Shown: positions 26,537 to 35,412 of the stretch, piece by piece
How the letters are laid out: every line of letters begins with the position of its first letter
How positions within the stretch are numbered: position 1 is the stretch's first letter
IMG/VR virus record: IMGVR_UViG_3300048558_000096
Coordinates: 1 to 51,484 of that record
Source of the DNA: a virus
Lineage: Duplodnaviria; Caudoviricetes
Strand: one strand, 5' to 3'
Length of the DNA: 51,484 bases
Position numbers and translations under genes: made by a program
Notes under the pieces: generated by a model
Database searches by the model: none
What the model was told of the DNA's origin: nothing
What the model saw: the letters and a program-made list of their open reading frames with translations, nothing else

Positions 26537-28747
26537 ATGCGTAAATTATCCTTCCTTCCAGCTCTCTTTCTGTTGTTGACGCTGCCCGCGCTGGCGCAAT
26601 CAGTTTGTCAGATACAAGGTGTTCTCTATCGAATTGACGGCGTCACGCCCGCCGCCTACGGCCAACTGAACATTGTCGAGACCGTCAAGGTCGGTGCGAC
26701 GATCAGTACGAAGTCTCTGCCGGTGCGGGCTGATGGGAACGGCCTGCTGTCTTTCAACGCTCGTCAGGGCGCGTCTATCACACTGAAGGGAGATTTCTAC
26801 GGCTACACGCGGGGCGTGACTGTAAATGTTCCCAATGCGACTACCGCGAACCTGTCTGACTTGGTGATCCTCACGACAGTGTTCACGACGCTTGGTGATA
26901 CGGTTTACGCCGGCGTGAATGGCGTGCCGACGCGGTTACCAGCCGGTGCGAATGGGAAGTGCTATGTGATGACCGCCGGTGTTCCGGCCTGGGTGACCTG
27001 TCCGGGCGGCGGGAGTGGATTTGATCCAGTCACTGCCAACCGCGCATTGGCCAGCGGCAGCGATGGATTACCGGTGGCGTCAACGACCACCGATGCCGAG
27101 CTTGGTTATGTGGCGGGTGTGACCAGTGGGATTCAATCGCAACTCAACAGCAAAGCCGCTTCCAGCCACTCGCACGCCATCGCGGACACGACGGGATTAC
27201 AGGCCGCTCTCGACGCGAAGGCGGCGGCCAGCCACACGCACGCGGCGGCGGACACGGTCAGCGGGACATTCGATGTGGCACGGATACCGGACTTGTCAGC
27301 AACATATCAGCCGGTGCTGGGATTCACACCTGTGCCGAACACCCGCACGGTCAACGGTCATGCTCTGTCGGCGAATGTGACTGTGACGCCCGCTGATTTG
27401 TCGCTGGTGATCGGTACGAACACGCAGGCTTGGGATGCGGACTTGGATACGTGGGCGACAAAGGCCGCGCCGTCGGGCACGGTGGTTGGCACGACGGACA
27501 CGCAGACGCTTACAAACAAATCCATCGTCGCAACTCAATTGACCGGCACCTTGCAGGCTGGCCAGTTTCCGGCGCTGACCGGCGATGTGACGACGGTTGC
27601 GGGCGCGCTGGGGGCGACGATTTCGGCAAACGCGGTGACCAATGCCAAGGCCGCGCAGATGGCCGCGCATACCTTCAAGGGCAACAACACAGGCTCGACG
27701 ACCAATGCGCTGGATTTGACCGCAACGCAATTGACGGCGGAATTGAACGTATTTGGCGCGAGCCTGAAAGGGCTTGTTCCTGCGGCGGCTGCTTCGCCGG
27801 ATTCGACAAAATTTCTGAATGAGGCGGGATCGTTCGCTGTGCCCACTGCCACAGTAGATCAGACGGCGGCTTATACGTGGACGGGGCCGCACATCTTCAA
27901 TAAAAACGGCGCGCTATCTTCGAGCACTGGCCCTGGCATTACCGCGAACGGAACATGGGTCACAGGCGGTACGGCAACGACCACGAAGCCGTACATACTG
28001 ATTGAGCCGAGCGGCGCGACGAGCACGGGATGGAGTACGAGCGGAACGGGATTGGGGGTGAATGCGGCAAGCGGATTTACGGGAAACTTGGCCGATTTTC
28101 AAATAGCAGGCATAAGCAAGGTCAAAATATCTGGTGCAGGTGCGGTTACTCTTTCTGGCGGGTCGTTAATAACCCCCACTAATTTCGGCGTCAGCTTTAA
28201 TACTGGCAGCTCGGATGCTATTTACAATAGCGGCAGTCCAGGAAATCTTATATTTTATGTAGGCTCTACGGATCAGGCCAGACTAGACTCAGCCACATTT
28301 CAATTGAAGTCGAGCCATAGTCTAGCTTGGTCATCAGGGGCAGTCGGCGCTGCTAGTGATCTCTTCCTCCGCCGCGGCGCTGCCGCCACTCTTAGCGTGC
28401 AAGGCGCATCATCGGTTGCTGGCACGCTCAGCACGCCCGCGCTCAGTCCGGCTCAAGTCACATCCGATCAGAATAACTATGCCCCCGGCACGGGCTGGTT
28501 TATTCGCCTCAGCTCCGACGCTTCCCGCAATCTAACCGGCCTTGTTGCTGGCGCTGATGGGCAGGTGGCGGAGATTTGGAACGTAGGCGCAAATAATATT
28601 GTGCTCATCCACGAATCGGCATCCAGCACTGCTGTAAATAGATTTACGAGCAGCACGGCTGCGGATTTGACCCTCGCCGCAGGTAAGTGTGCCGAACTTC
28701 GATACGATACGACCAGCGCGCGCTGGCGTGCTCGGTTGTGTAACTGA
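26537..28747 (+). CDS. Fibre-like protein with N-terminal signal peptide
   Basis: MRKLSFLPALFLLLTLPALA-Q; fibre repeats SHSHAIADTTGLQAALDAKAAASHTH, TELGYV.GVTS.IQ.QLN-like, TQTLTNK, LTGDVT. Confidence 0.75.
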   Translation: MRKLSFLPALFLLLTLPALAQSVCQIQGVLYRIDGVTPAAYGQLNIVETVKVGATISTKSLPVRADGNGLLSFNARQGASITLKGDFYGYTRGVTVNVPNATTANLSDLVILTTVFTTLGDTVYAGVNGVPTRLPAGANGKCYVMTAGVPAWVTCPGGGSGFDPVTANRALASGSDGLPVASTTTDAELGYVAGVTSGIQSQLNSKAASSHSHAIADTTGLQAALDAKAAASHTHAAADTVSGTFDVARIPDLSATYQPVLGFTPVPNTRTVNGHALSANVTVTPADLSLVIGTNTQAWDADLDTWATKAAPSGTVVGTTDTQTLTNKSIVATQLTGTLQAGQFPALTGDVTTVAGALGATISANAVTNAKAAQMAAHTFKGNNTGSTTNALDLTATQLTAELNVFGASLKGLVPAAAASPDSTKFLNEAGSFAVPTATVDQTAAYTWTGPHIFNKNGALSSSTGPGITANGTWVTGGTATTTKPYILIEPSGATSTGWSTSGTGLGVNAASGFTGNLADFQIAGISKVKISGAGAVTLSGGSLITPTNFGVSFNTGSSDAIYNSGSPGNLIFYVGSTDQARLDSATFQLKSSHSLAWSSGAVGAASDLFLRRGAAATLSVQGASSVAGTLSTPALSPAQVTSDQNNYAPGTGWFIRLSSDASRNLTGLVAGADGQVAEIWNVGANNIVLIHESASSTAVNRFTSSTAADLTLAAGKCAELRYDTTSARWRARLCN

Positions 28748-28770
28748 CTCTTAACCCATTAAGGAGAAGC

Positions 28771-29163
28771 ATGAAGAATTTGAAACTGACTGTAATTGGC
28801 CTTGTGTTGGCGTTCGCGCTGGGCAATCTAACCGCCACGCACGCACCACAGGTAGCTCTTACCCCATCTGTCAGCGCGGCATCGGTCTTCGAGAATGCCA
28901 GCATCCGCAGGCAGAACTACATCACGCGCTATCGGACGAACGCCGTGAAGCTTATTGAGGCGTTGGAAACGGCAAAGGCACTGAAGGATGAATATGACGG
29001 CAGCGCATTGAATGACGGAATCGTGGATGGCGACTTTGCCAATTCCTCCAATGACGATCTGACGGCGCAACAGTTCAAGGACGCAGCCGGGAACGTGGAG
29101 GCATTTCGGGCGCTGTTCTACGCCAATTTCTACGCAACCAACGTGTATCGGCTCAGGCGCTGA
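28771..29163 (+). CDS. Secreted or membrane-anchored helical protein (possible fibre chaperone)
   Basis: AAGGAG RBS; N-terminal hydrophobic signal. Confidence 0.65.
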   Translation: MKNLKLTVIGLVLAFALGNLTATHAPQVALTPSVSAASVFENASIRRQNYITRYRTNAVKLIEALETAKALKDEYDGSALNDGIVDGDFANSSNDDLTAQQFKDAAGNVEAFRALFYANFYATNVYRLRR

Positions 29164-29172
29164 GAATTCGAT

Positions 29173-29355
29173 TCAAGGCCACCACGAACCAAGGCGGTAA
29201 AGAAGAAATCGTCTGAGCTTTCTAAACCGACGGCGGGAAACGTGACCGCACAGTCTGCACCGATAGAGCGGCTTATGGATACCGATCCCGGTCTGCTGTT
29301 GCGGAATTTCGGCATAGCGATGCCTGCAAAGAACGACGCGAATTATTCTCAGCAT
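29173..29355 (-). CDS. Small zinc-binding moron protein (DUF1660-like)
   Basis: CRH..CRLCG; own promoter TTGACG-17 bp-TAAATT (29429 to 29401). Confidence 0.5.
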   Translation of the reverse strand: MLRIIRVVLCRHRYAEIPQQQTGIGIHKPLYRCRLCGHVSRRRFRKLRRFLLYRLGSWWP

Positions 29356-29464
29356 ATGTGGGTATGAGAGTTTTTGGAGGGGTCGGGCGGGGTTGAGTGA
29401 AATTTACGGATGGAGATTGAAGCCGTCAAGAACTTAATGGGAATCCGACAAACTTGAAGGAGCT

Positions 29465-29836
29465 ATGAAGACAAAACAAACAATTCTGTTCAGTATGCTG
29501 GCAATCCTCTTACTGCTTTGCGCGTCGTTGTCCTACGCCAAAGACAAATACACTCTGACCGACGCCGAGCAGCGCGAGTGGGCGCAGTTCACGCAGATTG
29601 ACCAGCAGCTAAGCCAGCGCCTTTTCGCCACCGTCGAACAGGCCCGCTCATTGTCCGCCGCCAACACGGAGCAGGCCGTGCGGTTCCTGGCGGCAATCAA
29701 AGAAGCGCTGTCGGCCATCGAAGCCAACGATCTGCGCAAGCAACTATGGCTGGAACAACTGCGCGCTGCGAAAGCAATCCCTGGGGGCGTGATCGAGGGC
29801 AAAGAATTGGTCAAACCGCCGAAGGCCGCTGAGTAG
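29465..29836 (+). CDS. Secreted coiled-coil protein
   Basis: AAGGAG RBS; signal peptide ..LLLLCASLSYA-K. Confidence 0.65.
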   Translation: MKTKQTILFSMLAILLLLCASLSYAKDKYTLTDAEQREWAQFTQIDQQLSQRLFATVEQARSLSAANTEQAVRFLAAIKEALSAIEANDLRKQLWLEQLRAAKAIPGGVIEGKELVKPPKAAE

Positions 29837-29872
29837 CTTTGGCTGGCACAGCAGGCCGATATGTGCGGAGTG

Positions 29873-29904
29873 GGTCGGGTGGTAAATCGCCCGGCCTTTT
29901 ATTT
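29873..29904 (+). terminator. Intrinsic terminator
   Basis: GGTCGGGTG..CGCCCGGCC followed by TTTTATTT, between convergent genes. Confidence 0.7.
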
Positions 29905-29920
29905 GTATCAGCGGAGACGT

Positions 29921-30589
29921 CTACTTCTGCTGATTAAGTATTCGAAGGAATTCGTCCAGGTCTCTCTGGGTTAGTTGGCCTTTTCTGGCTGTCTTCCTTG
30001 CATGCGCTTTTGGAGGTGGAGGCGAAAACACAGTTGAAGTGAGCTTCTGGTTAATCAACGGTTTGGTTTGAACAGGCTTTTGAGCTTTCGCTGGTGGCAA
30101 TAGTGCGGGCCCTGAATAGGAAGTCTTGTCCAGTTTCTGTAACGAATCCGAGAAAGGGTTTTTCAGAGAGCTAATCGGTAAACCGATGGCTGCGGTATTA
30201 ACCTCAGTGATACCCCTTACTTGCTTAAGAGGATTCGTTTTGTAAGCCTTCGACTTGGATTGTGTTCTCCACTGCTTGCAGTCAGCCAAATTGCGATTTT
30301 TTTGAAAGCTACAAACCAGATCGGTCTCCTTGTTGGCAATATCCATCGCATCAACGCTATTTTTGGCAAACGCTTTCGCATCTTTATACATTGTTTGCGC
30401 TTTCGGACTATGAAGGGCTGAATCTGCCAGTTCGGAACCTTCAGCCTTCGCCCAGTTGATGGTGGGCTTGCTAACGTTCTGGGCTTTTGTAGAGACTAGG
30501 TGCCAGGCCTGACCCATAATCAGCCCAACGGAAACGACACCTGCACTGGCCTTCGTTTTGGCCCAAGAAAACCAGGATTCTTCTTGCAT
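29921..30589 (-). CDS. Membrane-anchored hypothetical moron protein
   Basis: AAGGAG RBS, N-terminal hydrophobic segment, TTGACA upstream at 30659-30654, lower GC. Confidence 0.6.
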   Translation of the reverse strand: MQEESWFSWAKTKASAGVVSVGLIMGQAWHLVSTKAQNVSKPTINWAKAEGSELADSALHSPKAQTMYKDAKAFAKNSVDAMDIANKETDLVCSFQKNRNLADCKQWRTQSKSKAYKTNPLKQVRGITEVNTAAIGLPISSLKNPFSDSLQKLDKTSYSGPALLPPAKAQKPVQTKPLINQKLTSTVFSPPPPKAHARKTARKGQLTQRDLDEFLRILNQQK

Positions 30590-30709
30590 ATACAGACTCC
30601 TTTTTATTGATGGTTTAAGCCCTGAATGAGCTTTTAAGCATAAGGGTCCGCACTGTCAAATTATTTCTTAAATTTTCTTGTATTATCTAATAATCATCTG
30701 CAAATGACG

Positions 30710-30786
30710 AAAAAGCCCAAGCACTTTTCGATGCGCGGGCAAGTCAACTCAGCTTTGGTTGTTGTTCGTGCTTGCGCCACTTGAAT
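30710..30786 (-). ncRNA. Candidate small RNA 4
   Basis: TTGCCA-17 bp-TAATAT promoter (30821 to 30793); GCAAG/CTTGC stem with 27-nt loop; GCCC..GCATCGAAAAGTGC..GGGC-TTTTT terminator. Confidence 0.55.
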
Positions 30787-30861
30787 AACCAAATATTAGA
30801 CGGCAGATAAAGCCGTGGCAAGTCGCGAAGTTCCCTCTCTTTCGATCCCTCTCCACCTCTC

Positions 30862-30890
30862 CAAAATAAATAAAACACTTCAGCAATACT
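30862..30890 (+). promoter_or_regulatory. Late-type promoter copy 5 (scaffold/capsid operon)
   Basis: CAAAAT-17 bp-AATACT, then hairpin GCGGC-GAGAT-GCCGC. Confidence 0.6.
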
Positions 30891-30945
30891 CCTTTCCGTC
30901 GCGGCGAGATGCCGCCAATTCAAACAACTGAGGGAGTCAGTTTTT

Positions 30946-31710
30946 ATGCCAATAGCACTTACCTACGACACGCGAGACGCGGTGCCGGAAGTACTGAAAG
31001 ACCACGTTGCCGAGAAAGACGGCAAATTCATCTTTGAAGCCGAACCCGCATCCGTCGTGACGCAGACCAACGGGAAGTTGGAAAAGCTTCGCGGCGATCT
31101 GGACAAGAAAACCGCCCGATTGGGCCGCTACGCCAAACTTGAAGAGTTGGGCGACGACCTGGACGTAGATGACCTGTTGAGCCTGCGCGAGCTGAAGAAG
31201 CAGGGCAAGCCGCTGACCGCGGATGAAAAGGCCGAGATGGAGCGGCTGCACAAGAAAGCGCTCGACAAAGCGAACGGCGACCTGGCCGCAACCAGCGAGA
31301 AGCTGAAGGGCTACGAGTCGGAGCTGAAGCGCTTCAAGCTGGTGGATCCGATCCGCGCGGTTGCGACGTCTGAGAAGGTTGGAATGTTCGCGGAAGATTT
31401 TGACCTGGCCTGGTCAGAGATTGGACGCCGATTCCAGTTGGTCGAAGAGGAAGGCAAAAAGCCGCGCATTGTCGTGCTGGATGATGACGGCGATCCGACT
31501 GATACCAAAGTCGAAGACTTCTTCAACAAGCTCTACAAGCAACAGCGTCCGAAATTCTTCAAAGCGTCCGGAGCAGGCGGCAGCGGGGCGGCAAATAACA
31601 CCAGTGGCGGCGGTGGAAACGGAAAAACAATAACTCGGGCGGAATTCGACGCCTTAGACCAGGCCGGTCGAATGAAGGTCTCAAAGGACGGTCTTCAGGT
31701 CGTTGATTAG
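30946..31710 (+). CDS. Capsid scaffolding protein
   Basis: Coiled coil, FFKASGAGGSGA and C-terminal ITRAEFDAL; directly upstream of the capsid gene. Confidence 0.8.
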   Translation: MPIALTYDTRDAVPEVLKDHVAEKDGKFIFEAEPASVVTQTNGKLEKLRGDLDKKTARLGRYAKLEELGDDLDVDDLLSLRELKKQGKPLTADEKAEMERLHKKALDKANGDLAATSEKLKGYESELKRFKLVDPIRAVATSEKVGMFAEDFDLAWSEIGRRFQLVEEEGKKPRIVVLDDDGDPTDTKVEDFFNKLYKQQRPKFFKASGAGGSGAANNTSGGGGNGKTITRAEFDALDQAGRMKVSKDGLQVVD

Positions 31711-31746
31711 CTGCCCGCGTCCCTAAACTGAAGGAGCATTTCTAAA

Positions 31747-32889
31747 ATGGCGAACGTTTTAACTTCCCTGGCAGCCGACATCTACAAAGCCGCCGATATG
31801 GTCGGCCGCGAGCTGACCGGCATTATCCCCTCGGTGACGATCAACGGCGGCTCGGAGGCTGTTGCGCTCAACGACACAGTGCGTTCGGCGTTCACGGGCG
31901 CCGCGACTGTTTCCACGATCACGCCGTCTATGACGATTCCCGAAGGCGACGATCAGACGGTAAATAACAAGACTCTCACACTGGACACTACGGCAGCCGT
32001 CAAGATTCCGTGGACAGGTGAGGACATCAAGCACGTAGACAACGGCCCCGGCTTCAAGACTATTTACGGCGATCAGTTGAAGCAGGCGTTCCGCGCCATT
32101 GCGAACCAGATTGAAACCGCCCTCTGGACAGCAATCCGCAAAGGTGCGTCCCGTGCATACGGCACGGCTGGAACCACGCCATTCGGGTCAAACTTCAACG
32201 AAATTCCCCAGGTCCGCAAGATTCTCGCCGACAACGGTATGCCCTTCGATGGGCAAGTCAGCTTGGTGATCAACACCACTGCAGGCGCGAACCTGCGCTC
32301 GCTCGCGCAATTGCAAAAGGCGAACGAGGCGGGCGGTACCGAGCTGCTGCGTCAGGGCGAGCTGCTCAACCTGCAAGGCTTCAGCCTGAAGGAATCGGCA
32401 GCGATTACCACGGTCACCAAAGGCACGGGCGCGTCATACCTGGTCAATACCGCGGGCGGCGAGGCGGTAGGCCAGACCACGATCACGGCAGACGGCGGAA
32501 CAGGAACGATCCTGGCTGGTGATGTCGTCACGTTCGCGGGCACCACGCACAAATACATGGTCAACACGGCGCTGTCGGGCGGCGCATTTGTAATCGGCGA
32601 TCCCGGCCTGCTGGCACTGGAAGCCGACGACGACGCGATCACCGTCGGAAACGACTTCACGGCGAATCTGGCCTTCCATAAGTCGGCGGCGGAGCTTGCG
32701 ATTCGTCCAATGGCTGACCCGCCGGGCGGCGACCTGGCGGTGGACACAATGATCGTGCAAGACCCCTGGACTGGCCTGGTCTTCGAGATCAAAGCCTACA
32801 AGGGCTTCAAGAAAGCAATGTTCATGGTGTCCTGCGTCTACGGGGTCAAGGCGTGGAAATCGCAGCACATCGCAGTTCTTTTGGGATAG
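31747..32889 (+). CDS. Major capsid protein (P22 coat-like)
   Basis: 380 aa; NLAFHKSA..DPWTGLVF..YGVK; AAGGAG RBS. Confidence 0.85.
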   Translation: MANVLTSLAADIYKAADMVGRELTGIIPSVTINGGSEAVALNDTVRSAFTGAATVSTITPSMTIPEGDDQTVNNKTLTLDTTAAVKIPWTGEDIKHVDNGPGFKTIYGDQLKQAFRAIANQIETALWTAIRKGASRAYGTAGTTPFGSNFNEIPQVRKILADNGMPFDGQVSLVINTTAGANLRSLAQLQKANEAGGTELLRQGELLNLQGFSLKESAAITTVTKGTGASYLVNTAGGEAVGQTTITADGGTGTILAGDVVTFAGTTHKYMVNTALSGGAFVIGDPGLLALEADDDAITVGNDFTANLAFHKSAAELAIRPMADPPGGDLAVDTMIVQDPWTGLVFEIKAYKGFKKAMFMVSCVYGVKAWKSQHIAVLLG

Positions 32890-32973
32890 GGCTGGCATTG
32901 CTGGGATGCAATCACTTCCGGCGCTGGCTATCTGGTCGGCGCCGGAAGGTTCAACTTCACGAGGGTAAAGCTT

Positions 32974-33231
32974 ATGTCAGACATCAAAACTGTTCGCGTC
33001 GTCAGCAAAGACCCCGAATACCACAAGGGCCAACCGTTCACGATCAACGAAGAGGACTTCGATTCGAAGAAGCACAGGCTCTTTGATTCGGTGAAGACGG
33101 ACGAAGCGCCTGACGGTCTGGAATCGCTGACCGTGGCCGAGCTTCGCAAGCTGGCCGACGAACGCGGCATTGAATTGAAAGGCAGTCTGACGAAGGCTGC
33201 GATCATTGAACTGCTCGAACCGAAGCAATAA
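32974..33231 (+). CDS. Small protein with Rho-N/HeH-like domain
   Basis: LESLTVAELRKLADERGIEL..KAAIIELL. Confidence 0.7.
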   Translation: MSDIKTVRVVSKDPEYHKGQPFTINEEDFDSKKHRLFDSVKTDEAPDGLESLTVAELRKLADERGIELKGSLTKAAIIELLEPKQ

Positions 33232-33234
33232 CCG

Positions 33235-33762
33235 ATGCCTCTGACTGCTGAGAGCCTAATTACGACCGTGGGCGGCGCTTCGGCCAACTCTTACGTGAGC
33301 TTGGCCGACGCCCAGGCCTACCACGAGCTGAACTTCGGCTCGGATGCGTGGTTTGACCCGGACGGCGATGCGGTAACGGCGCAGGTTCGCGCACTGATTA
33401 AAGCGGCGAGACGGTTGAATCAGGAAAACTGGATTGGCAATCGGGTGGATACGACACAGCGGCTGGCCTGGCCGCGCTACGAAGTTGAAGTCGTTGATTC
33501 AGCGGGCTACGGCTACGTCACCGGAACGCGCTACTACGACACGACCGAAATCCCCCAGCAGATCAAAGACGCGCAGTGTGAATTGGCACTGGCGTATTTG
33601 GACGGATTCAGCGAGGGCAACGACAGCGGCGCAATCGAGAAATGGAAAGCCGACGACGTGGAGATCACGTATCGCCAGACCCGGCCCGACGGCGTAATCC
33701 CGAGTGAAGTAATGCGACTGATTTCGCCGCTGATTCAAGGGCCGCAATTGGTAAGGAGCTGA
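33235..33762 (+). CDS. Head-tail adaptor (DnaT-like family)
   Basis: ANSYVSLADA..Y, QRLAWPR, IPQQIKDAQCELA. Confidence 0.8.
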   Translation: MPLTAESLITTVGGASANSYVSLADAQAYHELNFGSDAWFDPDGDAVTAQVRALIKAARRLNQENWIGNRVDTTQRLAWPRYEVEVVDSAGYGYVTGTRYYDTTEIPQQIKDAQCELALAYLDGFSEGNDSGAIEKWKADDVEITYRQTRPDGVIPSEVMRLISPLIQGPQLVRS

Positions 33763-33768
33763 TTATTT

Positions 33769-33951
33769 ATGGCGAACACTTGGACAAGATGGGAAAAGTT
33801 GAAGCACCGCACGAAGCATCTTTGGTATGCCTTCGTGCCGAACTTCCGAGGGATGCGCAACGCGTCCGGTTCAATACTGCTAGGGCTCAAATGCGGACTG
33901 CGTGAAGCGCGCGGCGCTTGGCGTAGCGTGAATGTCTGGCCGGGATGGTAA
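33769..33951 (+). CDS. Small basic hypothetical protein
   Basis: AAGGAG upstream; fills the gap between neck genes. Confidence 0.4.
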   Translation: MANTWTRWEKLKHRTKHLWYAFVPNFRGMRNASGSILLGLKCGLREARGAWRSVNVWPGW

Positions 33952-33954
33952 CCA

Positions 33955-34341
33955 ATGCTGAGCACTGCTCAACTCAACCGAATGCGCCGCGACGCCAACC
34001 GGCTTTTGCCGGACACGGCAACCATTTACCGGCGCACACTGACCGCAGACGACAGCGGCAGCGAAGCGCCGGACTGGTCAACGAAAGTCGGTGAAGTGAA
34101 ATGCCGACTGAGCGCAACCAGTGTCAAAAGCCGAGCGCGCGACATCGTTCGCGGCGGCCAGATCGAAGCGGCAGAGCCGTGGATCGTGAGCCTGCCTATC
34201 GGCACGGATTTGGAAGCAACCGACCGGCTCGAAATCGTCTGCCAATCGCGGCCTGACCTGACCAGCACATATGAGGTGGTGAGTAGTGTTGATCCGCGCA
34301 GCTTCGATGTGAATTTACGCGTGATCGTGAAGAAAGTATGA
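33955..34341 (+). CDS. Head closure / head-tail joining protein
   Basis: LPDTATIYR..CRL..LPIGTDLEATDRL..YEV. Confidence 0.75.
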   Translation: MLSTAQLNRMRRDANRLLPDTATIYRRTLTADDSGSEAPDWSTKVGEVKCRLSATSVKSRARDIVRGGQIEAAEPWIVSLPIGTDLEATDRLEIVCQSRPDLTSTYEVVSSVDPRSFDVNLRVIVKKV

Positions 34342-34730
34342 GCTTTACCCTGACCAGCAAGATTCCGCAGCTAACCGCGCAGATCAAGCGCGATGCGCGG
34401 GCGCTTGTGGTCAAGACGGCAGCGCGAATTGAGACGACCGCCAGGCTTTCGATGGCAGAGCCGAAATCAGGTCAGGTCTACAAGCATAGGGGTAAGGATC
34501 ATCAGGCGGCCGCTCCCGGTGAATCGCCCGCTGTCCGTGACGGTTTTCTGTCGAGCTCGATCCAGGCTGAGCAGACAGGCGAAGCGTCCGCCGTGGTCGG
34601 TTCGAATATGGAGTATGCCGCTGTCCAGGAATTCGGCGGTGCGAATATGCCCGCGCACCCGTTCTTAGGCCCTGCATTCGAAGAAGCCGCAGAGAGCTTT
34701 GAAAAGGGCGTCAAGGAGTTACTGAAGTGA
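34338..34730 (+). CDS. HK97 gp10-like tail/neck protein
   Basis: APGESPAV..G.L.SSI..EYAAVQEFG..MPAHPFLGPA. Confidence 0.85.
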   Translation: MSFTLTSKIPQLTAQIKRDARALVVKTAARIETTARLSMAEPKSGQVYKHRGKDHQAAAPGESPAVRDGFLSSSIQAEQTGEASAVVGSNMEYAAVQEFGGANMPAHPFLGPAFEEAAESFEKGVKELLK

Positions 34731-35161
34731 GCGCGCTTCGCAACGCCATTATTGACCACCTGAAAACCGATGCCGCAGTGGTTGCGGCGGCGACCGGGGG
34801 CATTTGGCCGGGGCTTCCGCCGAAGGGTAGAGCGTCTTATCCGTTCATCAGCGTCACGACGCGCCGAGGAGCATCGCCAGAGCGCAATTTTCGTGGGGCG
34901 GGAACGCCGGCAGACGAGATCGCTTTCGAGCGCGCCACTTTTCTGGTCAAGGCGATTGATAAGAACACGTCGCCGAAAGCCGCGTCAGACATCAAAGAGC
35001 TGGCGAGAACGGCACTCGACGGCGCGGAAGTGGCCGTCACGGGTTACACGCTGATTTCGTGTCAGTGGGTTGGTGATATTCCGGGTTATCCGGAGCTGGA
35101 CGACAGCACGCATTACCAGCACGAAGGAGCATTGGTTGAGATATGGGCGACGAAAAATTGA
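34727..35161 (+). CDS. Tail terminator (DUF3168-like)
   Basis: Position, plus L..DAAV..IWPG.PP..YPFI and ALDG. Confidence 0.7.
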   Translation: MSALRNAIIDHLKTDAAVVAAATGGIWPGLPPKGRASYPFISVTTRRGASPERNFRGAGTPADEIAFERATFLVKAIDKNTSPKAASDIKELARTALDGAEVAVTGYTLISCQWVGDIPGYPELDDSTHYQHEGALVEIWATKN

Positions 35162-35412
35162 AGAAAGTCAAAAAGGCTGAGCCGACCGAAGTGCCTGTAG
35201 GGGAATACGAGCAGCGGCTACAGCAGCTCAGCGAGCCGCTGTCAATACAATACGTCGCGCTGTCCGGGCTGAATTACGGCTGTGCCGTAGAAGATCCGGA
35301 AGGGACGCGCATTGAGGCCGGCGAAGACGTGCCGGCGGAAGTTGTTAAAAACGCGCCATGGTTGCTGGAGCAAGGACATGTGACCGTAAAGAAGGGGGCA
35401 ATCAATGGCTAA
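35143..35412 (+). CDS. Hypothetical structural protein
   Basis: C-terminal WLLEQGHV motif typical of small virion proteins. Confidence 0.55.
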   Translation: MGDEKLKKVKKAEPTEVPVGEYEQRLQQLSEPLSIQYVALSGLNYGCAVEDPEGTRIEAGEDVPAEVVKNAPWLLEQGHVTVKKGAING

